Assembly: GCA_012026655.1 (NCBI GenBank)
Contig: JAAILG010001327.1
Span: 1 to 64,000 of the forward strand
Length of the DNA: 64,000 nucleotides
Source: Hydrolagus affinis
Lineage: Eukaryota
Reading direction: 5' to 3'
Shown piece after piece: positions 11,336 through 23,722 of the stretch. A program made the translations under genes and the position numbers. Numbering within the stretch: the stretch's first letter is position 1; each line of letters opens with the position of its first letter. The notes under the pieces were generated by a model. It saw only the letters and a list, made by a program, of their open reading frames with translations, was not told the DNA's origin and made no database searches.

Positions 11336-14300
11336 TTTCCTGCTGATGATGGTCTCCAAATTTTCTGTGTAAAGAGACATTCCAAAACAACCAGATATTA
11401 AATGATCAATATTTAATGGAACATGCCTGTTGGTGGCAGTACAAAAGTTTACAGAAGCAGTTGTTGATCCGATTTCACTTCAATACCAATGTCTACCTAC
11501 CTTAGAAATATATGCCAATAAATACCGATTGCTACTCACTCTCCCTTAGAAAAATCCAACCGTCAAGGTGTGAAACAGTACAACAATAAAGGTCCTTGTG
11601 GCAATGTAGTTCCTTTTTAATTTTCAGAGTTTTACGTTTCGGGAAGTCTTTATGCCATTTATATTGGGAACAGTGTATTTCCATGAATGAGATTTTAAAA
11701 CTTTAGTTCTTAGCATAATTACTGTTGTTGTTGATGATTTTTTGGCAAAGTACATATCTGATTAGAACCAAATGAAACCAAGATGCGCCGCTTATTTGGG
11801 ATTTGGCAAACATTAGGATGCAAAAAAATAACATTTGGTGAAGTCACTCTGCATTGTGAAACTAAGCCATTTGTCTATGCTATTTAACATGTAAGAGCCA
11901 CCAAATAGGTCAACAGGTCATATTCAATTTAACCTTAATATCTTTACCGATAATTTTCCAGATACTTGAATTATATTGTACATACTTATCACTCAATCTA
12001 AAACAAATACTGTAAAAACAATTTGGGTCTATTTTTGAATTTGTGTGAAAAGAATAAAAGAGAGAAATTCAAAATCAGAAAGAGGGTCAATGAGAGAAAG
12101 ATTCAGAAAGTTAGAGAAAGTCAGGGTGATGCCATTATAAAGAGAAAGCCAGAGAGAGAGAGAGAAAACAAGATAGCACAATGTGGTATCGCTTACCCCA
12201 GTACTTTTCATTAACTTTAAGGTAGTGATTTCAACAATGCAGTTTGGTCTCAGTATTTTAGTAATATTGCATTAACATTGGTCTTCTCTGATCATTTATA
12301 CTTTCTGAACAGAGATGCAGTTTCCAGAATCAAATCTTGAGCTAAACACCTTATTTTAAAGATGAGGAATCCAAAGTACACGGTTTGGTTTCACCAGGTA
12401 ATCAGATAAATTATTCATTAACCAGAATTGTGTAACAAAAAGCTTTGAAAGCATGAAAGACAGATTGACTTACAGTAAGGAAAAAGGATAGATGTAAAGC
12501 TGACACTGGCACCAAGTGAAACACCCTATGACTTGTTCAATATTTCAAATATAATTTTAAAAGTCCTTTAAATTGTTCAGAGTTTCTGGGTTGTGAGACT
12601 TTTGAACTGTCATAATCCTGGTTGGATATTAAGTGCATTGGTAGTTCTAAAGCATGACATTATTCCTTGTCCACACCTTGTGACGTTCTCCTGACGTGAA
12701 AGGCGCTAAAAAATATAATTTGTTGTTGTTGAAACCAAAACCAAAAGTGCCCGGTAACAATTTTCCAATTAAACAACTAGATTTTTTAAAAGGTTGAAAA
12801 ATGCTTTGAGAAAATCTGCACAAATATATTAGGTCAATGCAAACACAGTTTGTGTTTTTTTTCTATTGTATTTTAAGTTTTGCTGATTTAATCTCATTTT
12901 TTTAGAATACAACCCTACAACTAACTCTTCACAGCATCAAGATGACCTCCCCCACTTTTCCTGATAACTAGATTCAGCTGCTGATTACCCTCTATGTCAA
13001 GATTTCCTTGTGTCTCCTAAATTTCCCCTTCCCTAAAGAGAACTGGTGACCTCCTGTCCTGGGTATATCTGAAAATACTGTTCTGAGTTTAAATAATATA
13101 CCAATCATTCCATTAAATAAAAGAACAATTTTCAGTTGAAAAAATCTGAAAAATTTCTGACTGTATGGAAATGAAATTTATCTGGCCATAAGCAAATATG
13201 GGTGAGTTGTGTTGATGCAGGAACTTTAATAACATCAGATTAGCACGTGAAAGGCCGAAATGCTGAGTGGAACAAATGCATTAAAATGGCGAGTCAGAAC
13301 ATAATGCAAATCTTGGATCCCCTATCTGAATCACATTACTTCCAGCAGAGTTAAAGGGCACTGTTGTACTACAGCAAGTCTTTTCCGTGGGTCACATTAC
13401 CAGGACTCAATATTCTCTGCTCTTGTGTTCAAAGGTTAAATTGGCATTCCAGCAGAGTAGCGAAAGTGACATATAGTGAACCCCCCAGTTCCTAACATTT
13501 GTATTTACGTCCCACATGGAGGTAATCATACAATTATTCAGCAGGAAGTATGTGGAAACTTTGGGATGTTAGCAGAGGAAAGCCTTTATGTCTTAGTTCT
13601 GACACTGTTTGCATTGCAATATGCTGAAGAACAACATATCTATGCTCGGGAATGTGTATCTGTGCATTATATAGCAATGTAATGACAATGCTGTGGTCAG
13701 AATAGTGCAATAATACAATACAGTATGCCAAAATATATTCTAAAATATATTCGTGTTTATAATCTTCTCTCTTCATAGAAAAATGGGAAATCAATGGATT
13801 AGCTGTAAAAGAAAAAAGGCATCCTGTCTTGAAGCAAGCACCAGTCCAAGAGGTAGGTTGTAACATGGGTTTTAAAGACGAAAAAACTAAAGAGGCCTGT
13901 GGTGAATGAAGCAGCTGGGAAATACAATGATATGAAATAGTAATGTGGAAAAGTAATTTTTTTTTCAAATTCAAACTGATACAATTCAAACTGATACAAT
14001 TACCAAAAGACATGGGACCCCACACAGTCATTACAACCGGATGATAAACTTGGGACTGTATAGTGAAAATGTAGTGACACCATTGTATTCATCGAAAGTT
14101 TAAAATTATATTCCCAACAGCAGAAAGATAGGGTAAATATTTTCAACATCTTCTGGGACATTCTTTCATGTGAAGTGAGAAATAAAGAAATATTAATTTA
14201 CAAAAATATTTCCCAAACATTGACTCCATCCTACTGGAGAGAAACTCCACGAGGGTCTAGATTTACTCTGTGAATGCAGCATTTTAAAGCACCCAGAGTT

Positions 14301-14724
14301 TACCATATTGTTGAATTAAGTCTTAACTTTGAAATCGGTTTCTGTAGGTCTTGAAACTAATGTCAACTCAGAATTAAATTAGCAATTTGCCAAATTCTGG
14401 ACATTGTGACATTTTATTTGAATAAATTTTATTTTAATCTGTTAATCTATTACCACATTGGTAAAATTAGTTCCACTTGTTTACATTGGCTGGCTGGTTT
14501 CGGAAGAACACAGCACCACTGTGTGTCTGAACAATAGAATTGCAATAACCTGGACATTATACATAAAAATGAATTTTCCTGTTTTAAAGAATGTTTTAAT
14601 GAGAAGACTTTTCTGTTCACTGTAAAATATGTTCATAGACTAGGCTAGGAGTGCAGCAGTAAATTCATTACTTAAATTTGTGTTAAGTTGACTTCCAATG
14701 CAACACTGGGGATACTCTCTTTTG

Positions 14725-15722
14725 AACAACAACAACAAAATTACATTTGTATAGCGCCTTTCACATTGGGAGGTGCAGGACAATCAGGGTTTCAGACCTG
14801 ATCTGGAGTCAGGATTGGGGAGGGTGAAAGGAGAGTTGAAGATTTGGGGTGACCAATGGGACCATCGAAGAGGAGGGTCTTGAGGCGGGACTTGAAGGAG
14901 GCTAGGAAGGGAGCTAGGCAGAGGGATTATGGAAGGGAATTCAAGAGGTTAGGGGCAGAGTGACTGAAGGCTTGCCTGCTGATAGTGGGGTGGGTGAGTC
15001 GGAAGCCATGGAGCAGGCCGGAACTCGCTGAGCGGAGGGAACGGGCAGGTTGGTAGGGGGTTAGAAGGTCGCAAAGGTAGGGTGAGGTAAAGCCGTAGAG
15101 GGCTTGGAAGGTGAGGATCAGGATCTTGAATTGAATCCTCTGGGTGATGGGAAGCCAATGGAGTTGGGTGAGAATGGGGCAGAAAGAGTCACGGAGCTTG
15201 GAGTGGTGGAGGACACGGGCTGCAGAGTTCTGGATGATCTGCAGCCTATGGAGGGAGGAAATGGGAAGCAGAGCATTGGCATAGTCGAGCCTGGATGTGA
15301 TGAAGGTATGAATGAGGGTTTCAGCAGCCTAAGGGGAGAGGTAGTGGTGGAGTCGGGCATTGTTGCGGAAGTGAGGGAAAGCAGAGGGGGTCATGGCTTG
15401 GATGTGGGGCAGGAAAGACAGTTGAGGATCGAACAAGACACCTAGGTTCCTGACTGGATTGGTGAGGTGGAGTGTGCAACCACGGAGGTTGATGTTGCGT
15501 GAGATGCGGAGGCGCTGGCACACACAAGCTGGCACACACAATTCAGGAGGGCCTCGGTCTTGTTGACATTCAACTGTAGAAAGTTAGTTCTCATCAAGAA
15601 TTTGATGTCCGACAGGACAGCAGTGGACCTGGAATTGAGGGTAGAGGCAGAAAGATAGAGTTGTATGTCATCTGCATACATGTGGAAATTGACCCCATGT
15701 TTGTGGATGATGTCACCAAGAT
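14725..15722 (-). mobile_element. 5'-truncated L2 LINE (RT C-terminus, frameshifted)
   Basis: Translations include YADDIQLY, LQLNVNKTE and VRNLGVLFD; 3' tail GTGAAAGGCGCTATACAAATGTAATTT(TTG)n. Confidence 0.92.
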
Positions 15723-17959
15723 ATTGAGATATTGATAATGAAAAGTAGGGAAAAGCAGCAAAAATTTTTTTCCTTTTGTCCTAGTCAACACTCCTACAGA
15801 TTAATTTGAGGGCTATTTTTTGGAACATTTATGTGTGGAAATTGGCTACCTCTTTAGCCCTCAAAATACAGATTCACTAGACTTTTTGGGGAGACATACT
15901 GATAATAATAATCTTTGCATTCAATCAAGTTGAGACCTCTCACAGCACTTCACAAAATATACTGTAAAGAGTGTATTTTGTAGGTGAAACAATGCACAGG
16001 ACTCCTTTGAGGCATTTCAACTTGATACTATAAAAAGCAAAGTTCTCTCTTCTTCTGTTGTTTTCCCAATATTAAATTCAACATGCAACTGATTGTGAAC
16101 ATGTGCTTGATGGTCAAACTGGTTTAGGTTTATTTTTAATAGTTCCCCCCAACACCCTTTACTCGGTTTTCCTTTTTTTCGTCAATGTTCATCACTGTTC
16201 AGTATCTCAGAGCCTGAAAGGTAGGCAATGGGTCAAAGTATGTACAATACTTAGCTAATGTAACATTTTAGAGCACTGATATTTTTCCAACTTGTTGAAC
16301 CCAGCCTTAATTTTAAGTAGTTTTTAAACAGTAAGTTATGTTAACACAAAATTAAGTTAAGAATTTGCCAAATTCTGGATGTTCTAAAGTGACATCTTAA
16401 TAGAATAAATTTAGACCTCAGTAGAATTTCTTTCCATATGAATACTGCTTGATACTGTGCCAGCAGAAGGAATGTCTACTTAAAATTAAAACAATGTACA
16501 GCGCATTTTCTTGTTCACCATTGGAGTCCAAGTCATTTGCCAAATCATCCAATACGTCTATTACCAAAGAAGCATAATTATCTCTCCTTTATAGAGTAAC
16601 ATAAGAATATTCTAAAGTTGAATAGGACAGCTGCCACCCCCCAACTCCCCTCACAGCCTTTTAGTCTATTGAAAGACAGTGTTACTTTTTATTGTAGATT
16701 TATTTTTATTATAGCCGCTGGAGAAACAACTTATTGCTTTTGAACAGGTTTATAGTTTTGAATAGGCTCCAACAATTATTATGTTTTGTTAAAAAAATGA
16801 TCTATTGATATAGTTTTGATGTACTGTACCTATTGTGACAAGAGAATAGAATTTCCCCTCATAAAAGATCATAAGAAAGAGTTTGCAAAGCTGGCCAGTA
16901 TCAGTATGTTCATTCCAGAGGTTATTTATGGTAGGAGAATGCACAAAAAAGCAAGGGTTGTTTCTTCTCAGAACTTCTACAGTAATAATAATTGCAAGAG
17001 ACTTTGCAGGCCTCATGCTATCCCAAAGGTAGACATTGCATACACAAGGTAATGAGTACAACTGTTGTGATGTAAATTTCAAGGGCCAAGCTTGTTACAT
17101 GTTCTGACGTTAAATTATATTTGACCAAAAGTCAAATGTACTCAATTTGCACAAGTTTGTTTTGGGAAGCTAATTTATACATAAAAGCTGCACATACCAT
17201 TTTAGATTTAAGAATGACGCAAAACACTATGGACAACTAGACAATTATAAAATGCATTACTTATGCATAATTATGCTATCTGGCTCCAAATGTTGCAATG
17301 GATCAACCCACTCTTTGCACATGCATCAGTTTGAAAAATACTTTTTATTTTAATTAACTCATTTAAAACTTGTGATATAGTGCTTTCTGTCACTGAAGTG
17401 TCTCAAAGCATATGATACGGTATTACAGTAAAGCACAATAACTGGGTTTTTTGTATGAAGATTATATTGATAAAAGAATTGTGTACGCAATGCACAAGAA
17501 ATGTGTGGAGGCAAGATTTATCGTTCTCTGGGTCTGTATTGTCACATGTAGACCATATATGAAAGGCCATAGAATTATCTACTTGTGCTATTCTTTTCTT
17601 TGAGACCTTGTGTTAAGTATTCTGGAACATGTTTTAGGCCAAGGGCCAATTCCCATGTTTATGCAACTTTGCTGTAACCTTATTAAATCATATGCAGTTA
17701 AAGAAACTCATGTGCTGAGGTCAAAAGTGATTATAGATGGAAAAAAGCAACACAGAGGCCCACACTTAGCAGTAAAATGTTATGCTTCATTCAGAGAGAA
17801 CAAGGAGATTCAAACGTGGAAGCGAACATGTGGTTAAAAATTAATATTAAAGTGATGAATAGAGATAAGTGATCAATTGAGTTTCCAAACAGACACACAA
17901 TGACAAAACCTAGTATTACAGTGTACTCAATGTATTCTAGCAGCAGATGTAGTAGAACA

Positions 17960-18365
17960 AAGCCTGAGCATTAAGGATCTAGCCCATGAACTTGTGTAGT
18001 CTAGTCTGACACCCCAATGCATTGCCGGGTTGTGTCACATTCTTGAAAGTGGCATAGTTTGGATGAAACATTAAATTGAGGCACCATCTCCCTGTTTAGG
18101 TGGATCCCATGAAACTACTCGAACAGAAAGGGAATCTTGGTTAACAATTTGTCAATTATAACAGATCAGTCATTTCTTTGCTACTTGTGGGATATGGTGG
18201 GGTGCAAATCAGCTGCTCTGCAAAATAAATTGCACTCCTGATTCTTGTTTTGCCCACAAAATATGGTCAATCCACTTTAAAGTATTAAAGTATATGTGAA
18301 ACGCTTTGAGATGTCCAGAAGACGTGAAAAGGCGCTGTATCAATTGCAAGATTATTATTATAATT
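17960..18365 (+). mobile_element. Decayed Deu-domain SINE
   Basis: TCTAGTCTGACACC...GGATGAAACATTAAATTGAGG...GGATCCCATG; tail GACGTGAAAAGGCGCTGTATCAATTGCAAGATTATT. Confidence 0.7.
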
Positions 18366-21019
18366 ATGTAGTTTGTAGCAAAATATAAGTATAAAAACAC
18401 TGAGTTTTACATACACAACTTATACTTTGTTGCACAGAGAAGCTGTGTTCAGGTTTGTCAATACTATGGCTGAGTTTATAATGTTGAACACTGCTTCCTT
18501 ATTACCTGGGATTGCGTGTAATTTATGGTTGAATTTGCAAAAACGTGCCAACTATCAAATTATAATTGCACACCAATAAAATTTCCTGTTGACAAAATTT
18601 GTGAATAGGTTCCTTATATCAAATTTTACTTACAGTGGTGCCTTGAGATTTAAGGAAAAACAATGCAAAGTACTATATACAAGCTCATACTGTGTGTGAA
18701 GCAGCATCAGCAAGCAGTGGATTTTATAGTCAAAACTTGATTGGGAGTACATCTGCTGTTAGAATACATTGAGTACACTGTAATATTATCAGTCTGAATT
18801 AAATGGCACCAAGCACATTTGATAATAGGTGAAGAATCAGATTTCCAAATATTGTAGTAACTACTGAATCAAGTTTAAAATAAATCCTTGATTTTCTTCC
18901 CCAAGTTGCTTCTGTGGATTCATTCCGTGTTCAGCCATTCAGAAGTAATGGTGATGAATTAATCTCAAGGTTTTGTAAAATATTGTGACTGGTTACAAAA
19001 TTAATGTTGGTCTGCAAGCCCAAAGCCAGCAGTTTGTCAAAAGGACCACCCTGGATGCAAAATGACTGGTCTATTCGACCTGTTGTGCGTTAACATTTAA
19101 TTGTGCTCCAAGACTCTGCTGGCAATACTGGAATTTTATTTCTGATGAGAGATGCATATATTCCATGCTCACAGTGGTGGTTAAAACATATTTCTCGCTC
19201 TTCAGAAGTTTATTTTGGGACTTCTCTGTTAATTAGTTCTTGATTAAATCCATTTTCTCCAATAAACTGACTGGGAGCAAACTATGGTCAGAAATGTTCA
19301 ATTTGACCCTTCCCTAATGCAAAGTGGGTGTTCTGCTGTCATCTGCCATTCTCACCTCAAAATGTTCGGTAGCAATGAAGTTCACAAAACCTCCAACAGA
19401 TCAGTACCAGAAGGAAATTCGGCAGTAATGCCTGATCCAGGTGGACATAGATTTGTAAGTTGGCTTTATTTGCATAGATTTACAAAGAGATTATCGAGTA
19501 CAAGGTGGTCAATAAAGGAATTTGAATGTTTGACCTTGAGAGCTACGGTTACGTTGTCTACAAAACATGTTTGATAGCCAGATGCTGACAAATAAATCAA
19601 GTAAATCCATACAAGCTATGCAAAATAAATTAGTAGAATAAAACGTGATTTGCTGACAAGTCCTATAATTGGGCAGAAGTTGTACTGCCTTTTGAAATGC
19701 TGTTTGGCCTTAAAAATAATGGAATATGACATCTGAAATTCCCTATGTACTTAATTATCATGTAAACAAAAATAACTCAAGGGTTGCTTATTCTTGGTGT
19801 CAATTCCAACACATACCAATGTAACCTCAGGGTGGTATTGCAGATTTTCATGCTGTATAGTGTGCTGCATACTTAATATTTCATTTCACATCTTCTGACT
19901 TTTCATATAAATAATAAAAGTATTGTTTTGAAATAAGTTAGTGGAATAAATGTTCCAAAATAAAATTAGGTTTGTTCAAAATGAAAATAAATGCCATAAG
20001 AGTTAAAACATGAGAGGGGTACAATTTAGTGGCCAAATGGCTGTTTCTCATCCACCATTTATATTCTTTTCTCTGTGACCATACAATGGAGCAGCTCTAC
20101 TCTATGCAAAAATACTGAGTTGGATTTACCCAATGGAGTTCAAAGTGGAAAAAGTTACAAAAGATCAAGAATTTAATGAATGTAGGTCACTCTTGTCAAA
20201 CCCAAAACACACAAAGTCCTGTACCTGCAGAAATGTATAAACTATGTATTTTAAGTCCTGTTGTTTGTATACAATAAGCAGTTGCTCTTGGGCATGTTTC
20301 AGTCTAAAGCTGCCTGACCCTCAGACCCTAAAAAACATTTACGGCTGAGTAAGCAGGAATGTCCAGCTGGTAATGATTTTTGTGGTGTATGCAGTTTTCA
20401 ATTGGCCTCAAGGCGAGTCCGAAGCATTAGCTTCCACTGATATCAATGGAACTTCTCTGGTTGTTGCTCAGCCTATGGCTGTTAAATCCTACAGAACATG
20501 AGCTGGGTCGAGACAAGCCACAATAATAACAAGATTTATTTTTCTTATATTTGCCAACAGCCAAGACTGAGCTCATACAGTATGTCATTTCTCTGCAAAA
20601 TGTCGCATTTGTAAGTGTGGAATCCATCATTTTCACGAGAAATCAAAGACCACGTAATGAATTGGCCATGACAATACTGCATTGCTAACATTGGATGTTT
20701 GCTGCTTTTAATTTTGAAAATTGAAACTATTCTATTCAAGTAAAAACTATTTTACTTGTGATTATCGGTAGATCTGTCTCTCTTATTTATTGAGACATCT
20801 AGAAGATGTGAAAAGCGTTATACCAAATGTAAGGATTATTATTATTTATATATCTCTGTATGCCTGTCTTGTCTATCTTTCTCCAAGTTTTCCTCTCGTT
20901 ATTTCTATCCATCTTTATGTTTTTCTCTATGACTTTCTCTCTCACTAGCCATCCAATCTCATCTTTCCTGAACACCCATCCTACATACGCATCACAGCTT
21001 CAATCTGTTTTATAATTAT

Positions 21020-21720
21020 TTATCTGTCTGTTTCTATTTTCCACAGTCTCTTTCTCTCTTGATGGCTCTCTTTCTCTATTCTCGGGCCTCTCTCTCTATC
21101 TGTATGATAATCTATCTCTCTGTATACCTGTCTTTCTTTCTCAGTCTCGATAACTGTCCATCTATTCTCTCCATATTCTCTACTTTCTTTCTCTGTATCC
21201 TCTATCTCTCTGAACGTTTCTGTATTCCCAACAGTAAAATTACATTTGTTAAGCGGGAGGACATCCCAAAGGTTCATTCTGTCTCTCATTATTCTCTATG
21301 GCTCTATTCTATATTTTCTATCTATTTTCTGTCTCTATCTCTATTCTCCATCTCTATCCTTTATCTCTTTTCTCCATCTCTCTTTATTTATTTTCTATCT
21401 CTATTCTCTATCTCTATTTATTCTCTATCTCTTTTCTCCATCTCTCTTCTCTATTTATTTTCTATCTCTATTCTCTATCTCTATTTATTTTCTAGCTCCA
21501 TCTCTATTGATTCTCTATCTCTATTCTCTTTCTATTCTGCCTCCCTCTTCTCTATCTCTTCTCTGTCGTTCTACGCCTTTCCCCTCTTTATCTCTCTCCC
21601 TCTGACCATTCTCTCCACTTCCTGAATACAAATGTCATCTGTTGTCGTCTTCCTATTCTCTCTTTACCTCTTCATTTTCATTCTTTTCTTCCTCTCTTTG
21701 TTTAACTCTGGATTATTCTC
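21020..21720 (+). repeat. CT/TCTA-rich low-complexity tract
   Basis: About 700 bp of pyrimidine-rich degenerate microsatellite; includes a short L2 tail near 21228-21272. Confidence 0.9.
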
Positions 21721-21744
21721 TCTATCCCCAGCAACCCTCCTCAT

Positions 21745-22100
21745 CCGGTCACCTGACGCATGCGCGCTGTTCTCCGAGCGCCGCCCGGCGTGGAGGGCGT
21801 TGTGTAAATCGAAGTTGTCGTTGGTATCTACGTCAGACGCACACACACACACACACGTACGGCCGGTCGGGGTTGCGTCACACGGTGTGCGACGCCGTTG
21901 CCATGGTGACCCTGCAGCGTCCTGACCCCTGGTAAGTTACGGGCGGCTTCGCTCTTCAAACCCACCAGCTGCCGTCACCGAGTTGCCTCCGCCCGCCCGC
22001 CCGCCCGCCGGTAGGCCACAGCACCGTGTCCCCAGACTCAGCGTGTCCCCGGTCGGCGATCTGCAACCGGCAGCTTCTCACAGTCCAAGCCACCCGACCA
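21745..22100. promoter_or_regulatory. CpG island, likely bidirectional TSPAN19/LRRIQ1 promoter
   Basis: GC/CpG-rich patch between the divergent genes. Plus-strand donor CTG|GTAAGT at 21931/21932; minus-strand donor CAG|GTGACC at 21753/21752. NRF1-like ACGCATGCGCG at about 21756 and CRE-like half sites. Confidence 0.75.
21897..21910. promoter_or_regulatory. RFX X-box GTTGCCATGGTGAC
   Basis: 12/14 match to the palindromic X-box GTTGCCATGGCAAC, at the presumed LRRIQ1 first exon. X-boxes are typical of ciliary and flagellar gene promoters. Confidence 0.75.
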
Positions 22101-22113
22101 CCTGGTGCTGGTC

Positions 22114-22195
22114 AACAATAACCCGACTGATCAATAATCACCGACTGATCAATAACAACCTGATCGATCAATAACAACCTGACTGATCAATAACA
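22114..22195 (+). repeat. Short tandem repeat (CAATAAC..C.GACTGAT, about 5 copies, 16-19 bp)
   Basis: Read directly from the sequence. Confidence 0.85.
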
Positions 22196-22370
22196 CTGTA
22201 CCGTGGAAGACGGTGTAAAGTTATACTTCCAGCACTTTTTTAAAATCACATATAAATCAGTAGATTGTGGCTGGTTGACCTGGTCCTTCTCATTAACCAT
22301 TGTTCACCGAAAGGAAAGTGAACACCTTAAAATACTATAAAACCTACACTGCTTACTTCAAAAGGGAAGA

Positions 22371-22505
22371 ATGGATGAAGATGATGAAGAAAGGCTGATA
22401 GAAGAAGAAATTGAAGCTGAACTGAGGAAAATCAGCATCTCGCCCACAGAACTAGACCATCCTGAAGAGGACTCTATAGAAGGAATTCTCATTGAAACAG
22501 ATGAT
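22371..22505 (+). CDS. LRRIQ1: LRRIQ1 first coding exon (MDEDDEERLIEEEIEAELRKISIS...ETDD)
   Basis: ATG at 22371; 135 nt; donor GAT|GTAATC; acceptor near 22364. Confidence 0.88.
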
Positions 22506-22646
22506 GTAATCTGAAATCTATTTAAAAATTACTTTTAAGTGTGTTGGAATAGTTAAATGTCAACATTTTATATGTATTACCTTGTTAACGGATTTTTTTT
22601 TGTTAGAAGCAAATACGGCATATTGCATTTCTAATAGATAACATTA

Positions 22647-23022
22647 TTCCTTTTCCCCTAATCCCACTTCCATGACTGTTTGTGGGACACTGCTGTGTGC
22701 AATTTGGCTGCCGCGTTTCACCCACCAATATATAGTCGCTTTTCCTGCTCTCCTTCCCCCTGCCCCGACCCCTCCCCTTGCCATCTTTCCCCCTTTTTCG
22801 CCTAATCCCACTTCCATGACTGTTTGTGGGACATTGCTGTGCGCAATTTGGCTGCCGCGTTTCACCCACAAATATGCGGTCAGTTTTCCTACTCTTCTTC
22901 ATCCTGCCCCGATGCCTCCCCACCTGCTCTTGTCCCTACCTGACTGTATAGTGCCTTGGGACGTCCTCTCGACTTGAAAGGCATTATATAAATGTAAGTT
23001 TTGATTGATTGTTTGATTGATT
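22647..23022 (+). mobile_element. Composite retroelement: two 144-bp units containing the SINE core, L2-type tail, (TTGA)n
   Basis: GACTGTTTGTGGGAC at 22674 and 22818; homologous to 24830-25088 and 46476-46870. Confidence 0.85.
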
Positions 23023-23069
23023 ATCTGTTTTTATTCTCTCTATTTATTCTCTGTATTCTCTACACATCT

Positions 23070-23485
23070 CACCAGTTCTGGCCAGACTCCACTGGTTCCC
23101 CATCAAGGAATGAATCGACTTCAAAAACCTCACACTCCTGTTCAAATCCACTCACTTCCTGGCATCTCGCTACCCCTCCGATCTCCTCAATGCCCAACCC
23201 ACCCACCACCCGACGCCTCTGCTGCACTGGTACTGGCGCTGGCCTCCTGCTTGTCCCTCGCATCCTCCACCCCATCACTACACCCCAAAACTTTGGAACA
23301 TTCTCCCACAATATCTTGCTTTGCCCTCGCTCTCCCCCTTTTTGTCCACCTGAAAACCTTTCTCTTTGACTGTGCTTATGGCCACCTCCCCCCACCCTCA
23401 CGCTCGGAGTCAGCCTCCACCATTGTTAAGTGCACTGGGATGCTTCCTGGCATAGAAGGTGCCATATAGTGCAAGATGTTGTTGT
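23070..23485 (+). mobile_element. L2 LINE 3' fragment
   Basis: CTCCACTGGTTCCC...CTGAAAACCTTTCTCTTTGAC; (TTG)n tail. Confidence 0.8.
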
Positions 23486-23722
23486 ATGTTTTTAGGTACA
23501 GTATATATTGCTTTTAAATGAAGAGGTTGAACTTTTTGAGTAATGTTTGCAATCAATATATAAACAAGGATTTTTGAAAATTTATCAGTATGCTGTGGAT
23601 ATAAACAAAGGTAGGTTTAAAACAGGACTTTTGTGATCTTTGTGACTCAATTGTACTTTTAACTGTCCCTGGGGAATGAATAATTGAAGATGAATTGGTA
23701 CTTGTTGACATCCACATTTTAG

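Noticed and set aside
21020-21625. Hydrophobic ORFs up to 188 aa
   Set aside because: Translations of a CT/TCTA microsatellite.
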